From positions 1 to 40,380 of the forward strand of contig JABHYW010000040.1 of the NCBI GenBank assembly GCA_018656655.1: DNA of 40,380 nt, written 5' to 3'. The notes under the pieces were generated by a model. The model was not told the DNA's origin and did no database searches. It worked only from the letters and a program-made list of their open reading frames with translations. A program made the position numbers and the translations under genes. Of the stretch, positions 1-10,008 are shown one piece after another (position 1 is the first letter of the stretch; every line of letters starts with the position of its first letter). The stretch comes from Candidatus Komeilibacteria bacterium. Its GTDB lineage: Bacteria; Patescibacteriota; Patescibacteriia; UBA1558; GWA2-36-10.

Positions 1-3000
1 CCGGATAATGACCTACTAAATCAACGACTCCCAAGACAGGTGGTCCAATGACTATATCCAAATCTCCAAAATCTTCAAATAAAACAGTTTGATCAACTAC
101 ATCTACTTCTATCTGAGTAGATTGACCAGTTAAGACTGTGGAGTCAGTAGTAAACAAAGGATTGGCAGGATCAGAACCACTAAAGCCTCCTAAATCATTT
201 GGATTATCAATCCAAGCATAGCTACAAGTATCGCAATAAACCGGCATGTCGCCACAACCAGGCATGGTAGTAATAGATGTATCTGCATGATAAGAAATAC
301 CTTGACTAGCACCAGCGGTCATAAGGCTTGGATCTACATCTACACTATCAATACGACAATCTGCTGCACCAACGGTAAAGCCATAAGACGTATCTACTCC
401 GAGAAGGTTGCCAGAAGTATTGGCTATATTTTGACCGAGTGTCACAGTATAATTATGTCCTAGTATCAATCCAGTAGTTTCAATGATGACCGTCCTATCT
501 CTGCCCGTCAAAATAAAGCCATTGGTCACTGGATCAGTAGCATCATCCATAACATAAGCATTACCTGCCAAAGATGCAAATTGAATAGGTGTATCAAAAC
601 GAGCTGTTATTTGGGCATTAGTACAAACGTCTGATCCAGCTATACAATCTGGATCATAACTCAACAAATTGAGCCCTGGTCCACTAGCAACATTTAAAGC
701 CAATGATCCAGGTGTAATGGATAAAGGTGTGGCACCTTCCCAAGCTTGTAAAGTCATAGTAGCTGTATCTCCAGTTACAACAGTGCCTAATGTAATAAAG
801 TCCGTTTCTTGATCACTATTAACGTCAAAATTACCTATTAATGGTACATCCTGCCAATCATAGGTACAAGTAGTACAAACCACTGGCACTTCTCCACAAG
901 CTGCGGCATCATATGTAGTGACAGCTCTATAAGCATCAGTATCAGAAGCTCCCATTATATTATTTGCTGGATCTACATAGGCAGCATCTGCTAGACAACC
1001 ATCATTTTCAATAAGAATATCTGGTGATTGCCAACCACCTACTATCCAATCTCCGTCAGTATTAATAACTGCATCAGAAACTACTATCGCATATGTCAGG
1101 CCCATAGTAAAAGGCCCGTGATCAATAATTACATGTCTATTACCTATTATTGATACTCCTATGGATGGTTCAGGAGCTCCGGTGGCAGTATCTATAATAT
1201 AAAAATTATTATCATTAATAAGGACCGATGGATCAATATCAGAATTGAACCAAACTTGAGCTTCAGAATTGGTACAAGCTCCACAATTTGGAAAATAATT
1301 ACTTACAGCCAATTCAGTAATACTTGAGCCTGTGCCGCCAACATTGACAGTCAAAGGAGTACTATCTGATTCGACCCCCAATACACCTCCATCAATAGTC
1401 AAATCTATATCTGTAGTTGGAGGATTGTTGTTTAAACCACTCAATACAGCTGTGACATAATCTGAGCCTGTACCTATACTAGCTATTGTTGAAGCTACAG
1501 GGCTTGTACTCCAATTCCAAGCGCAAGTAGGACAATCTATAGCTGTAGCCCCACAAGAACCACCGTCAGCCATAGCATAGCCCCGATAATTAATATCATT
1601 ATAAGAATAAGCAGTATAATTGTCTGGGGAAATTTCTGCTCCATTCATTACGCAATTACCAGTTCCAACTGTAAATTGCCATGTAAAATCTGTACCAAGA
1701 GTATAGCCATATATATTTACAATTGAAGCATCAAGAGTCACCATATAAGTCTCTCCTTCTGTAAGAGGTGATAAACCATCTACTTCTATACGATAAGGAT
1801 CTGTGATATCTATACTAGTTATCAGATCTAGTCCATCAAAAGCAGTACAAGTAGCATCAGTACAATGATATAAATCTATATGGGTTAGCCCTGATAATTG
1901 TAATTCAGTATTAAAGTCAGCCCAAATCAGAGCATTTCCACAGGAATCATCACAATTTGGGACATAGTTTTCTACTCTTAAAATCGGTGCCAATATAACT
2001 GGAAAAGATTGTCCTGTAATCTCTAATCCGTTACTTGTAGTAGTAGCTTCTAAAGTAATAGAAGTGTCTCCAGCAGATAATAATTGAGTAGCTGAAGGAC
2101 CACCTTCTAATCTAGTATACCCTCTATTAACGCTCGTATTTAGTGGTGGTCCAGTTATACTAGCATAGTCACTAGCTGGTCCAGGAGTATGATCTATAGA
2201 CCATTGCCAGTCATAATTTCCACCACAAATATTACAATTATCAGCTAGAGGGGAAGCATTAAAATTCTTCTCTCTACCTGGATACATATCAGCTGACGGA
2301 CTTTGAGGAGTAACGGCTACAGAAGTAACCTCGCAAAGCAAACCACTGTCTCTAGTTTTAAAATGCCAATCAAGAGGTGGCTGCTCATCATCTGGATTCC
2401 AACTATCTACACCAATCTCAGTATGAAAAGTACCGAGTCTAACTTGATACCAAGTGTTTGCTACTAAATCTGTAGCAGGATCAAATACAAAGCCCTCTCT
2501 ATTAGTATTTTGATTTAAAATATCCAAAATTCCATCACCATCTAAATTAGCATCAAATATTTCAGTATTACAATCTCCTATAATTAATACTGGGCCACCG
2601 GTATTACATTGCCAAACTCTAACATTATTTGGATAAGTATCTAAATCAAAATCAGCGTCATCTACATCACGATTAAACAAAGCTGAAATATTGGAATCTA
2701 TAAAAGCATCTAAAGAAGCTTGTTGCACTTCAAATCCATCAGCCCCAATACCTAGATGTTGATCTGGCCATGGACTTGGAGATTGCAATCCGCTAGCACA
2801 GTCATAATTATAAACTAGTCCAAAAGGCTCCGCTTCTGTAAAAACCTCCCAAGAGTATGAACATGAAGTTAGAGTAATTCCACAACTACCCTCCACATCA
2901 CAATAGTCTCCAAATTCTCCTGGACAACATTCATTACCAACACCACACTGAACATCTCCAGTACAAGCACCTACATTAAATGGCAAGCCATTACTATTAT

Positions 3001-5266
3001 TATCTGCACTATCTGTAACTATGACCGGACCAGTGCTAGCTCCAACTGGTATTTCAATACCAAGCACTTGATTAGCATTCCAGCCAGTATGACTTGTATT
3101 AATATTATCAAAAAAAGTTACAGTGCCGTCGTCAGAGCCTAAATTTTCACCAAAAATATTTACCCTATTACCAATTGGTCCATTGTCTGGATCAATAGCA
3201 CAAATCTGTGGTCCAACTAAAGTATCTGTAACAGTAAAACCATTAAAATCATTACTAGTAGCTGAATCACTCTGTCTAACTATTCTAATAAAATATGAGT
3301 CTTCTATTATTAAAGTATCTGGCACTCTGACAATTATATGATCATCAAACCAATAATCTCCACATTGAGCAGGAAAATCAAATAAGCCTAATATTTCATC
3401 ATCAGCCACTGCAGAATTTGGATCAAATAATACTTGACCTCCATTATTTCCAAAATTTGATCCCATAATCGTAAGATAGGAATCCATTGGACCATTGTTT
3501 GGAGACAATTCTATAATAACTGGATTTCCGCCACTAACAGATAAAGCTGAAAACGGAAATGCGTTACTAGCTATTGGCGTTGGATCATTTGTCTGTATAG
3601 TTACTGGAAGGTTGACTCCTACTACGTTTGGCACTTCAGTATCGAAATTATTATCATCAACATAAGTATTTACATAACTAAATAAGTCATCAAAATAAGC
3701 TATATCACCATCTGAAAAATTTACACCTTGAATACTTATAGCATCGCCATAAGAACCATAGTCTGGAATTAAGCTACAAATACCTGGACGAACTGTATCA
3801 TTTCTTTCAAACCATGTAAATGAAGCATCGCTAGATTCTGCTCCAGCAGCAGCTGATTGAGTTACTACTACATCTAATAATTCATTAAGTGATGTAACAT
3901 CACCAGGAGTCTGAATCACTATATAAGTGTCTGTCCAAACATCTCCACAAATAGGTGGTGTTAAAGCTATTTCACCACCAATAGTAACTACACCTACACT
4001 TGTTCCAAAATTATAACCGAAAATAGTAAGTAATGTGCCACCTTCACCATCTTCAGGTGAAATACCATCAATAAATGGTTGATTGTCACTTGGAATCACC
4101 GTACCACTACAAGCATCGGCAGGCATACAAGAGTTATTATCACAACAACCAGAATCACAATCAGTTTCGTCTTCACACGTTACATCAAAATATCCTGAAC
4201 CTGAATATCCGCCTACCTCTACTACTATATCACTAGCCAAAGCATTAATTGGTACTGACATATTAATTTCTAAATCAGTCCAACTGTTAATACTTAAATT
4301 TTCATTAATTAAAGTTACTTCGGCATCATCAAACCAACCATTCATAGATAAACTTCCTTCTATATCTGTAAAACCATCACCCAGAATAGTAACATCAGTC
4401 ACTATTCCCGCAGGTCCTTCGTCTGGCACTAAACAATCTACATTAACTGGAGATATACCTGCTGTAACTGTAAAATCAAAGTGAGGAAATTCTACACTTT
4501 CTACACCAGTTGGTAAGACATCATTATATAAAATTACTTCATAATTTCCCGGATCTAGAGAATCTGGAATCTTCACTCTCACCCTTCTATCATCCCACAT
4601 TTGTGAAGTGCCACATTCTACTATTTCAGCAACTTCTCCATCTATTTCTACTCTACCAACGCCAGGTAAATTATCATCGTCAGTATCAAAGTGCCAGCCA
4701 CGAATAGTTAAATTACTACCCACTGGACCACTACTTCTACTTAAAGAGCAAACTCTCGGCTCATCATCATCAAGTGGTTCAGAACAAGTTATTGTTGGAT
4801 TACAAAAACTATATGGCTGACAAGTACCTGATCCAGCCGTATCACAACAGCCAGAAGCACACTCAGTATCAAGTACACAAGCGATTGGTGCCACACCACC
4901 TGGCTCAGTCACTTCGTATAATTTGCTTAATATAAATCTAGAAATAGCATAGGCAGAAACTATAATGACTAGTCCAATAGCCGCACTAGCGATAAGCAAT
5001 TTTGCTTTTTCCACTTTCTCAGCATTACCTCGAGAAGTCATCCATAGAAAACCAGCGTATAATAACAATAGAGTTGCTAGTATTCCCAAAAAACCAAGGA
5101 ATATATTAATAATTCCTCCAATGGTGTCTTGTATAGACCGCGTCCCCAGGACTACTCCTGCATCCGCTAAATCATTAATGCCAAACTCTTCTTGGGCAAA
5201 AGCCTTATTAGCAAAGGTTAATGCTAGAACAAGGTTGCTTATTAATAGTGAAAATACTTTTTTCAT
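1..5266 (-). CDS. Giant secreted/surface protein (>1755 aa, 3' end outside window): signal peptide, TrbC/VirB2-like pilin domain, ~6 IPT/TIG domains, repeated Ig-like modules, Cys-rich linkers
   Basis: Absent from the ORF track because it has no stop in the window. ATG at 5266 gives MKKVFSLLISNLVLALTFANKAFAQEEFGINDLADAGVVLGTRSIQDTIGGIINIFLGFLGILATLLLLYAGFLWMTSRGNAEKVEKAK. The same frame was spot-checked at 4750 (RVCSLSRSSGPVGSNLTIRGWHF), 3058 (IEIPVGASTGPVIVT), 1681 (WQFTVGTGNC) and the window edge (VVDLVGHYP). Not every codon was checked. Confidence 0.85.
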   Translation of the reverse strand, partial: MKKVFSLLISNLVLALTFANKAFAQEEFGINDLADAGVVLGTRSIQDTIGGIINIFLGFLGILATLLLLYAGFLWMTSRGNAEKVEKAKLLIASAAIGLVIIVSAYAISRFILSKLYEVTEPGGVAPIACVLDTECASGCCDTAGSGTCQPYSFCNPTITCSEPLDDDEPRVCSLSRSSGPVGSNLTIRGWHFDTDDDNLPGVGRVEIDGEVAEIVECGTSQMWDDRRVRVKIPDSLDPGNYEVILYNDVLPTGVESVEFPHFDFTVTAGISPVNVDCLVPDEGPAGIVTDVTILGDGFTDIEGSLSMNGWFDDAEVTLINENLSINSWTDLEINMSVPINALASDIVVEVGGYSGSGYFDVTCEDETDCDSGCCDNNSCMPADACSGTVIPSDNQPFIDGISPEDGEGGTLLTIFGYNFGTSVGVVTIGGEIALTPPICGDVWTDTYIVIQTPGDVTSLNELLDVVVTQSAAAGAESSDASFTWFERNDTVRPGICSLIPDYGSYGDAISIQGVNFSDGDIAYFDDLFSYVNTYVDDNNFDTEVPNVVGVNLPVTIQTNDPTPIASNAFPFSALSVSGGNPVIIELSPNNGPMDSYLTIMGSNFGNNGGQVLFDPNSAVADDEILGLFDFPAQCGDYWFDDHIIVRVPDTLIIEDSYFIRIVRQSDSATSNDFNGFTVTDTLVGPQICAIDPDNGPIGNRVNIFGENLGSDDGTVTFFDNINTSHTGWNANQVLGIEIPVGASTGPVIVTDSADNNSNGLPFNVGACTGDVQCGVGNECCPGEFGDYCDVEGSCGITLTSCSYSWEVFTEAEPFGLVYNYDCASGLQSPSPWPDQHLGIGADGFEVQQASLDAFIDSNISALFNRDVDDADFDLDTYPNNVRVWQCNTGGPVLIIGDCNTEIFDANLDGDGILDILNQNTNREGFVFDPATDLVANTWYQVRLGTFHTEIGVDSWNPDDEQPPLDWHFKTRDSGLLCEVTSVAVTPQSPSADMYPGREKNFNASPLADNCNICGGNYDWQWSIDHTPGPASDYASITGPPLNTSVNRGYTRLEGGPSATQLLSAGDTSITLEATTTSNGLEITGQSFPVILAPILRVENYVPNCDDSCGNALIWADFNTELQLSGLTHIDLYHCTDATCTAFDGLDLITSIDITDPYRIEVDGLSPLTEGETYMVTLDASIVNIYGYTLGTDFTWQFTVGTGNCVMNGAEISPDNYTAYSYNDINYRGYAMADGGSCGATAIDCPTCAWNWSTSPVASTIASIGTGSDYVTAVLSGLNNNPPTTDIDLTIDGGVLGVESDSTPLTVNVGGTGSSITELAVSNYFPNCGACTNSEAQVWFNSDIDPSVLINDNNFYIIDTATGAPEPSIGVSIIGNRHVIIDHGPFTMGLTYAIVVSDAVINTDGDWIVGGWQSPDILIENDGCLADAAYVDPANNIMGASDTDAYRAVTTYDAAACGEVPVVCTTCTYDWQDVPLIGNFDVNSDQETDFITLGTVVTGDTATMTLQAWEGATPLSITPGSLALNVASGPGLNLLSYDPDCIAGSDVCTNAQITARFDTPIQFASLAGNAYVMDDATDPVTNGFILTGRDRTVIIETTGLILGHNYTVTLGQNIANTSGNLLGVDTSYGFTVGAADCRIDSVDVDPSLMTAGASQGISYHADTSITTMPGCGDMPVYCDTCSYAWIDNPNDLGGFSGSDPANPLFTTDSTVLTGQSTQIEVDVVDQTVLFEDFGDLDIVIGPPVLGVVDLVGHYP

Positions 5267-5300
5267 CCAGTTTAGAAATTTATTTTGTTAATTCCTCTCG

Positions 5301-5402
5301 TTTGTCATTTCGACTAAGTCTCGAATTAATGAGAGGCGCATGGAGAAATCTAGATCCCTGCCTTGCCGGCAGGCAGGTCTCCACTTCGGTCGAGATGACA
5401 AG
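5301..5402. repeat. REP-like palindromic element, family D (GTCATTTCGAC...TGGAGAAATCT...AGATCTCTC...TCGAGATGAC), with a nested family C insert
   Basis: Terminal inverted repeats ttgtcatttcgac/gtcgagatgacaa; homologous to 18373-18459. Confidence 0.85.
5357..5377. repeat. 21-nt palindromic element, family C (cctgccttgccggcaggcagg)
   Basis: 18/21 identical to 14407-14427; removing it restores agatc|tctc as seen in the 18430 copy. Confidence 0.8.
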
Positions 5403-5416
5403 TGATTAATTTATAT

Positions 5417-6997
5417 TTAACTACCCTCACAATACTCTTCATTACCAGAACAGAATCTATTATTACAAACACATGAAGCATCAGCAGCATCACAAACACA
5501 TGGATACCAACAATTTTGACTTAAATCTTTAATACCAGAAGTCAAAGTAGGCGTGTAATAACTAGACGGATCAAATCTATCATGTCTAATACTAATTGTA
5601 TCGCCATCTAATAAACGCATCCAATAATTAATGTCTGGCGCAATACCAATATTACTTGAGTTGATTGAACTACCTAATAATTGTTTATCAAAGGTAACTT
5701 CTATTGGATCGATTAATGAAATAGCATCTGGATTTTGCATCTGAGAAATAGTTGGTGGAGTAAGATCAATTTCACCGGTAGTAGCAAAAACCCAAGTATA
5801 ATCTGACTCTAAGTGATTATCTGCCATATCAGCTATATTGGTAGTTACTAGAGCAACAAAATCGTCAGGACTAGTATCATCACTAGCTGGTAGACAAAAT
5901 ACATCTCCACCACAAGAATTTACACCACATAAATCAGTAGTGATTAATTCTATGGTTCTATATTGATTAGATATTCTATATTCTCCAGATACCAATGGTA
6001 AAGCATCGTCATGATTCACAAGGCTAATATTTGTAAAAGCAGGAGCTATACCTGTTGCTAAAGCTGGATTTATTGCTTCTGAAAAATTAATTTGTAATAC
6101 ACTATTTCTGGGATTATCTGTAGAGCCTGCTATAGGTCTAACTGATACTACTGTAGGCGGAGTAAAATCAAACTCAGTACCAGTAGTAAAATTCCAAGTA
6201 TAAGAATTAGAATGCGGAAAAGCTACTGATCCATTTTGAGTTTCTAAATCACCCAATACCATAGTATAACGGACATCCATTCTAGGGTTTCCTAAATCAT
6301 TAACTGGATTTAATTGAAAAGTCCTAAAGCCAGTATTAGGCTCAATACTATAACTTATCAATAAATCATCGCCTGTAATAGGCTCTGTATTGCCTTGCTC
6401 ATATAAATTAATAAATCCACTATTAGCCGCACAATCAGTATTACAACCTGAATCAGCTACTATCATATCAACATCCATCGGCTCCTTGAAAGTCAAATAA
6501 ATATTAGTATTTCTAGCTACATCAGTAGCGTAACGAATTGGATAATGACTATCTAAAGTACCAGCTCCCAAACCTGCTCCCGAGCTAAAACCTCCACCCG
6601 AGCTACCACTGCCATTTCCAAAAGCACCATCATAACCTTCACGTAGTACAAATCTAGCTATAGCATATGATGAAAGCACAATTGTCAGACCAATCACTCC
6701 ATTGATCAAAATCTGCTTAGCTTTATCTACTTTTTCAGTATTGCCTTGAGAGGTCATCCAAATAAACCCACCGTATAGAATAATTAGCGTGGCCAGAATC
6801 CCCAAAAACCCAAGGAATATATTAACTATACCCGCAATTGTTTCTTTAAGGTCTCTAGTGCCTAGATTGACTCCCGCTTCAGCCAAATCATTGGTACCAA
6901 GAACATCTGCTGCTTGAGCTAAAGCAAGCTCTGGCAACAAAAAAATAACTGTCAAAAATACAATAAACATAACAGTTATCTTTTTATTAATTAGCAT
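5417..6997 (-). CDS. Secreted protein with TrbC/VirB2-like pilin N-terminal domain and Ig-like (Big_5/SbsA-type) domains
   Basis: Signal peptide (ALAQA); pilin-like IVNIFLGFLGILATLIILYGGFIWMTSQGNTEKVDKAK; Ig-like motifs DFTPPTVVSVRP...INFSEAIN and YTWNFTTG; Cys-rich C-terminus. Confidence 0.8.
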   Translation of the reverse strand: MLINKKITVMFIVFLTVIFLLPELALAQAADVLGTNDLAEAGVNLGTRDLKETIAGIVNIFLGFLGILATLIILYGGFIWMTSQGNTEKVDKAKQILINGVIGLTIVLSSYAIARFVLREGYDGAFGNGSGSSGGGFSSGAGLGAGTLDSHYPIRYATDVARNTNIYLTFKEPMDVDMIVADSGCNTDCAANSGFINLYEQGNTEPITGDDLLISYSIEPNTGFRTFQLNPVNDLGNPRMDVRYTMVLGDLETQNGSVAFPHSNSYTWNFTTGTEFDFTPPTVVSVRPIAGSTDNPRNSVLQINFSEAINPALATGIAPAFTNISLVNHDDALPLVSGEYRISNQYRTIELITTDLCGVNSCGGDVFCLPASDDTSPDDFVALVTTNIADMADNHLESDYTWVFATTGEIDLTPPTISQMQNPDAISLIDPIEVTFDKQLLGSSINSSNIGIAPDINYWMRLLDGDTISIRHDRFDPSSYYTPTLTSGIKDLSQNCWYPCVCDAADASCVCNNRFCSGNEEYCEGS

Positions 6998-7022
6998 GGG
7001 ATTTTTATTTAATTATAAATTT

Positions 7023-7460
7023 TTATAAATTCAATTTTTTCTTTACTTTTTCCTGAATCGTCTTGCCGTCTGCCTGACCTTTGGTCCTAGTCATGACTTC
7101 TTTCATGACCAAGCCAAAATTGTCATGTCCTTCAGATATTACTGTATCTACTATCTTATCTATTTCTTCTTCGCTCATCATAGCTGGCATATATACTTGT
7201 AATACTTTAGCTTCAGCCTCTTCTCTGGCTAACAAATCATCACGCCCAGCTGTTCTAAAGGCTTCGATAGAATCTTGCCTCTTCTTGAGCTCTTTCTTGG
7301 CAATAGATAAAACATCGTCATCATCTAAAACTTCAATCTTTTTATCTATCGCCAAATTTTTCAGAGCACTACGAAGCATCCTTAAAGTAGACACTTCTAT
7401 ATCTTTTTTAGCTTTAAAAGCTACTATAAAATCTTTTTCTATATCTTTTTGTAAAGACAT
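7023..7460 (-). CDS. yqeY: GatB/YqeY domain protein
   Basis: KKELKKRQDSIEAF..AGRDDL..EEAE, GLVMKEVM..KGQADG; typical position after rpsU. Confidence 0.93.
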   Translation of the reverse strand: MSLQKDIEKDFIVAFKAKKDIEVSTLRMLRSALKNLAIDKKIEVLDDDDVLSIAKKELKKRQDSIEAFRTAGRDDLLAREEAEAKVLQVYMPAMMSEEEIDKIVDTVISEGHDNFGLVMKEVMTRTKGQADGKTIQEKVKKKLNL

Positions 7461-7485
7461 TTATAAATATCTTGCCAATAAAAAA

Positions 7486-7731
7486 TTATCGCCTTTTTTT
7501 GCGTCTTAGTTCAAAATCGTCTAATTTACCAACTTTTTTCAAATAATCAAAACGTGCTGTAATATTTCTACGACGTAGAGCCGTATCCCTGGTCTTCTTC
7601 TTACTATCTGTTTTACTAAAAAATCTAATTTTTTTAGCTTGTAAAATCTTACCGCTTTGAATTGTTTTTCTGGTAAATCTACGGATTAAGCTTTCAAATG
7701 ATTCTCCATCTTTACGCTTAACTTCTAACAT
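7486..7731 (-). CDS. rpsU: 30S ribosomal protein S21
   Basis: MLEVKRKDGESFESLIRRF. The start is placed at 7731, behind a strong SD (GGAGGTG), rather than at the ORF-track 7845. Confidence 0.9.
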   Translation of the reverse strand: MLEVKRKDGESFESLIRRFTRKTIQSGKILQAKKIRFFSKTDSKKKTRDTALRRRNITARFDYLKKVGKLDDFELRRKKRR

Positions 7732-7848
7732 GTAAACACCTCCATTTCTTTTTATTAAAATCTTATACTTAGTGTCAAAAGAATAACGGCCAAAAGCAAT
7801 TATTCTCATCATTATAATGACAGATTTGAAGACAAAAGTCAACAAAAA

Positions 7849-7872
7849 AATAATCCCCAGATGGGGATTATT
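7849..7872 (-). terminator. Intrinsic terminator after hisS
   Basis: Hairpin aataatcccc-agat-ggggattatt followed by a T-run on the minus strand. Confidence 0.7.
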
Positions 7873-9187
7873 TCTTAAGCTTTAAATTTTTGGCAATATT
7901 TCTATCTAGACGCTTTCGGACCTCTGCTTTGACCTTCTTATAATCAACAATCTCTTGTACTCCACTCTCCATATCTCTAATAAGTATAGTACCATCGGCA
8001 ATTTCTTTTTGACCCATGATCAAAGTATATTTAACTTGTTTTTTGTCAGCAGCCTCCAATTGATCCTTGAGTCCTTTCTTGGACATGTTCTCTGAAACTG
8101 AAAAACCAGCTCGTCTCAAATCTTCAAAAAGGTTCAAAGCTTTTTTACGAGCCTCTATACCAAGCTGAGCAATATAAATATCAAAACCCCTGCCTTTATC
8201 AATCTCTACTTTGGCCTCTTGCATTTTCATGATTACTCTTTCAATCCCAATGGCAAAACCAATGGCTGGTGTCTCACGACCACCTAGTATATTCACCAAG
8301 TCATCATAACGTCCTCCTCCGCCTAGAGCATTTAACTTACCCTCTTTGCCTGAACATTCAAAAATCTCCCAAGCAGTACGAGTATAATAGTCTAATCCTC
8401 TGACTATTTTGGGATTAAGGCTATATTTGATATCCAATTCGTCTAGATATTCCAAAACTGCCATAAAATGTTCTTTACCTGCTTCTGACAAATGATCTAC
8501 CATTTGTGGGGTTTCTTCAGCTAATTCTTGGCATTTTTTATTTTTACAATCTAATAAACGTAAAGTATTTTTATTTAATCTTAAACTACAATCTTTACAA
8601 AGAGATTTTTTCTTATCTTGATAATATTTTTTAAGAATCTTAATGTATTCTGTTCTAGAGGCACTGTCACCTACACTATTTACTTGTATTTCAATATCTA
8701 AGCCCAAGTCCTTGAGAATAAAATATGATATAGCTATCATTTGAGCATCAATTACCGGATCTTCATCTCCAATAGCTTCAAAACCAAATTGCCAAAACTG
8801 ACGATAACGACCAGCCTGAGGATTATCATGACGAAACTGAGGACCAATGTAAAAAAGTTTAACTGGTTGAGGCAAATTAAGCATGCCGTGTTCTATATAT
8901 GACCTAACTACAGGAGCGGTATTCTCAGGACGAAGCGATAATTTATCACCACCCTGACTAACAAAAGAGTACATTTCTTTGCTAACCACATCGGTGTCTT
9001 CACCTACTGTTCGTTTAAACAAACTAGTAGCCTCTACTATTGGCGTATCAATACGAGAAAAGCCATAATTTCTAGCGAAATTTTCTACTTTGGTTCTAAT
9101 AAGGTTCCAATATAATTGCTCATCAGGCAATATATCTTTCATACCCTTAACTAATTGTACTTTTACTTTTTTCTTTTTAGCTGCCAT
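7868..9187 (-). CDS. hisS: Histidine--tRNA ligase
   Basis: KGMKD, KEMY, LRPENTA, FRHDNPQAGRYRQFWQ, VRGLDYYT, GGGRYD, GFAIGIER. Confidence 0.98.
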   Translation of the reverse strand: MAAKKKKVKVQLVKGMKDILPDEQLYWNLIRTKVENFARNYGFSRIDTPIVEATSLFKRTVGEDTDVVSKEMYSFVSQGGDKLSLRPENTAPVVRSYIEHGMLNLPQPVKLFYIGPQFRHDNPQAGRYRQFWQFGFEAIGDEDPVIDAQMIAISYFILKDLGLDIEIQVNSVGDSASRTEYIKILKKYYQDKKKSLCKDCSLRLNKNTLRLLDCKNKKCQELAEETPQMVDHLSEAGKEHFMAVLEYLDELDIKYSLNPKIVRGLDYYTRTAWEIFECSGKEGKLNALGGGGRYDDLVNILGGRETPAIGFAIGIERVIMKMQEAKVEIDKGRGFDIYIAQLGIEARKKALNLFEDLRRAGFSVSENMSKKGLKDQLEAADKKQVKYTLIMGQKEIADGTILIRDMESGVQEIVDYKKVKAEVRKRLDRNIAKNLKLKK

Positions 9188-9196
9188 ATATCTTAT

Positions 9197-9847
9197 TTAT
9201 TGACTAATATTCTCATAAATTGGGACATTAAAAGTATTGACCCTATTTATAGGCCAACCTCTAACCCACACTCTTCCTATAACATAACTTTCATTAACGG
9301 GACCAATTTGACGAGAATCTAAGCTGTTTGATCTATTGTCTCCCATTAGAAAATACTCATTTTCTTCTAAAGTAATAGCCTCATGTTTATCAGAAGAAAA
9401 ATTTTCTATGTAAGCCTCCTCTAAAATCTCTCCATCAATATAGACCCTGCCCTCATCTATAGATACTGCCTCCCCTGGCAATCCTATTATTCTTTTTATA
9501 AAATAAGCCCGAGTGTTTTTGGGATTTTTAAAAATTATTACCTCGCCTCTTTGCTTTTCATTAAATCTGTATGATAACTCATCTATAATAAGATATTCAT
9601 TTTGATAAAAGTTTGGCTCCATTGACGCCCCTTCTACATAAAAAGGCTGTACCAAAAATAATCTAATTGGCAAAATAATAGCTAGAGAAATTAAAACTAC
9701 CTTTACTACTTCAAAAACTAATATACCAAATTTCTTCAACCAAGATAAAACTAGAGAATCTTCATCATCTTCTGAAAAATTACTCATGTCCATATCAGTA
9801 CTTTCGGGTGCTAAATTTTCTTGTATTTCCTTTTTATTTTCTTCCAT
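9197..9847 (-). CDS. lepB: Signal peptidase I
   Basis: TM helix, GASMEP (Ser), IKRIIGLPGE (Lys), GDNRSNSLDSR. Confidence 0.97.
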   Translation of the reverse strand: MEENKKEIQENLAPESTDMDMSNFSEDDEDSLVLSWLKKFGILVFEVVKVVLISLAIILPIRLFLVQPFYVEGASMEPNFYQNEYLIIDELSYRFNEKQRGEVIIFKNPKNTRAYFIKRIIGLPGEAVSIDEGRVYIDGEILEEAYIENFSSDKHEAITLEENEYFLMGDNRSNSLDSRQIGPVNESYVIGRVWVRGWPINRVNTFNVPIYENISQ

Positions 9848-9879
9848 AAAAAATATAAAATTATATAATCGATACGATT

Positions 9880-9908
9880 ATTATACATAATACAAAAATT
9901 AAAATCAA
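9880..9908 (-). promoter_or_regulatory. Sigma70 promoter for lepB-hisS
   Basis: TTGATT-17nt-TATAAT on the minus strand. Confidence 0.6.
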
Positions 9909-9954
9909 CTCCATAAAAGCCTATAAATTATGGGCTAAAATAGACTTATAATGG

Positions 9955-9983
9955 TTGACTGATACTTGTTTTATTAGTATAAT
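9955..9983 (+). promoter_or_regulatory. Sigma70 promoter for LCP-der-pth
   Basis: TTGACT-17nt-TATAAT; implies a start at ATG 10009. Confidence 0.7.
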
Positions 9984-10008
9984 TGATATACTTCAGAAAT
10001 GTAATAAA

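Noticed and set aside
3123-5409. Plus-strand ORFs in the track (3123, 4083, 4510, 4608, 4965, 5221)
   Set aside because: They are antisense shadows of the giant minus-strand gene. The LAGRQV in 5221..5409 is just the family C repeat translated.
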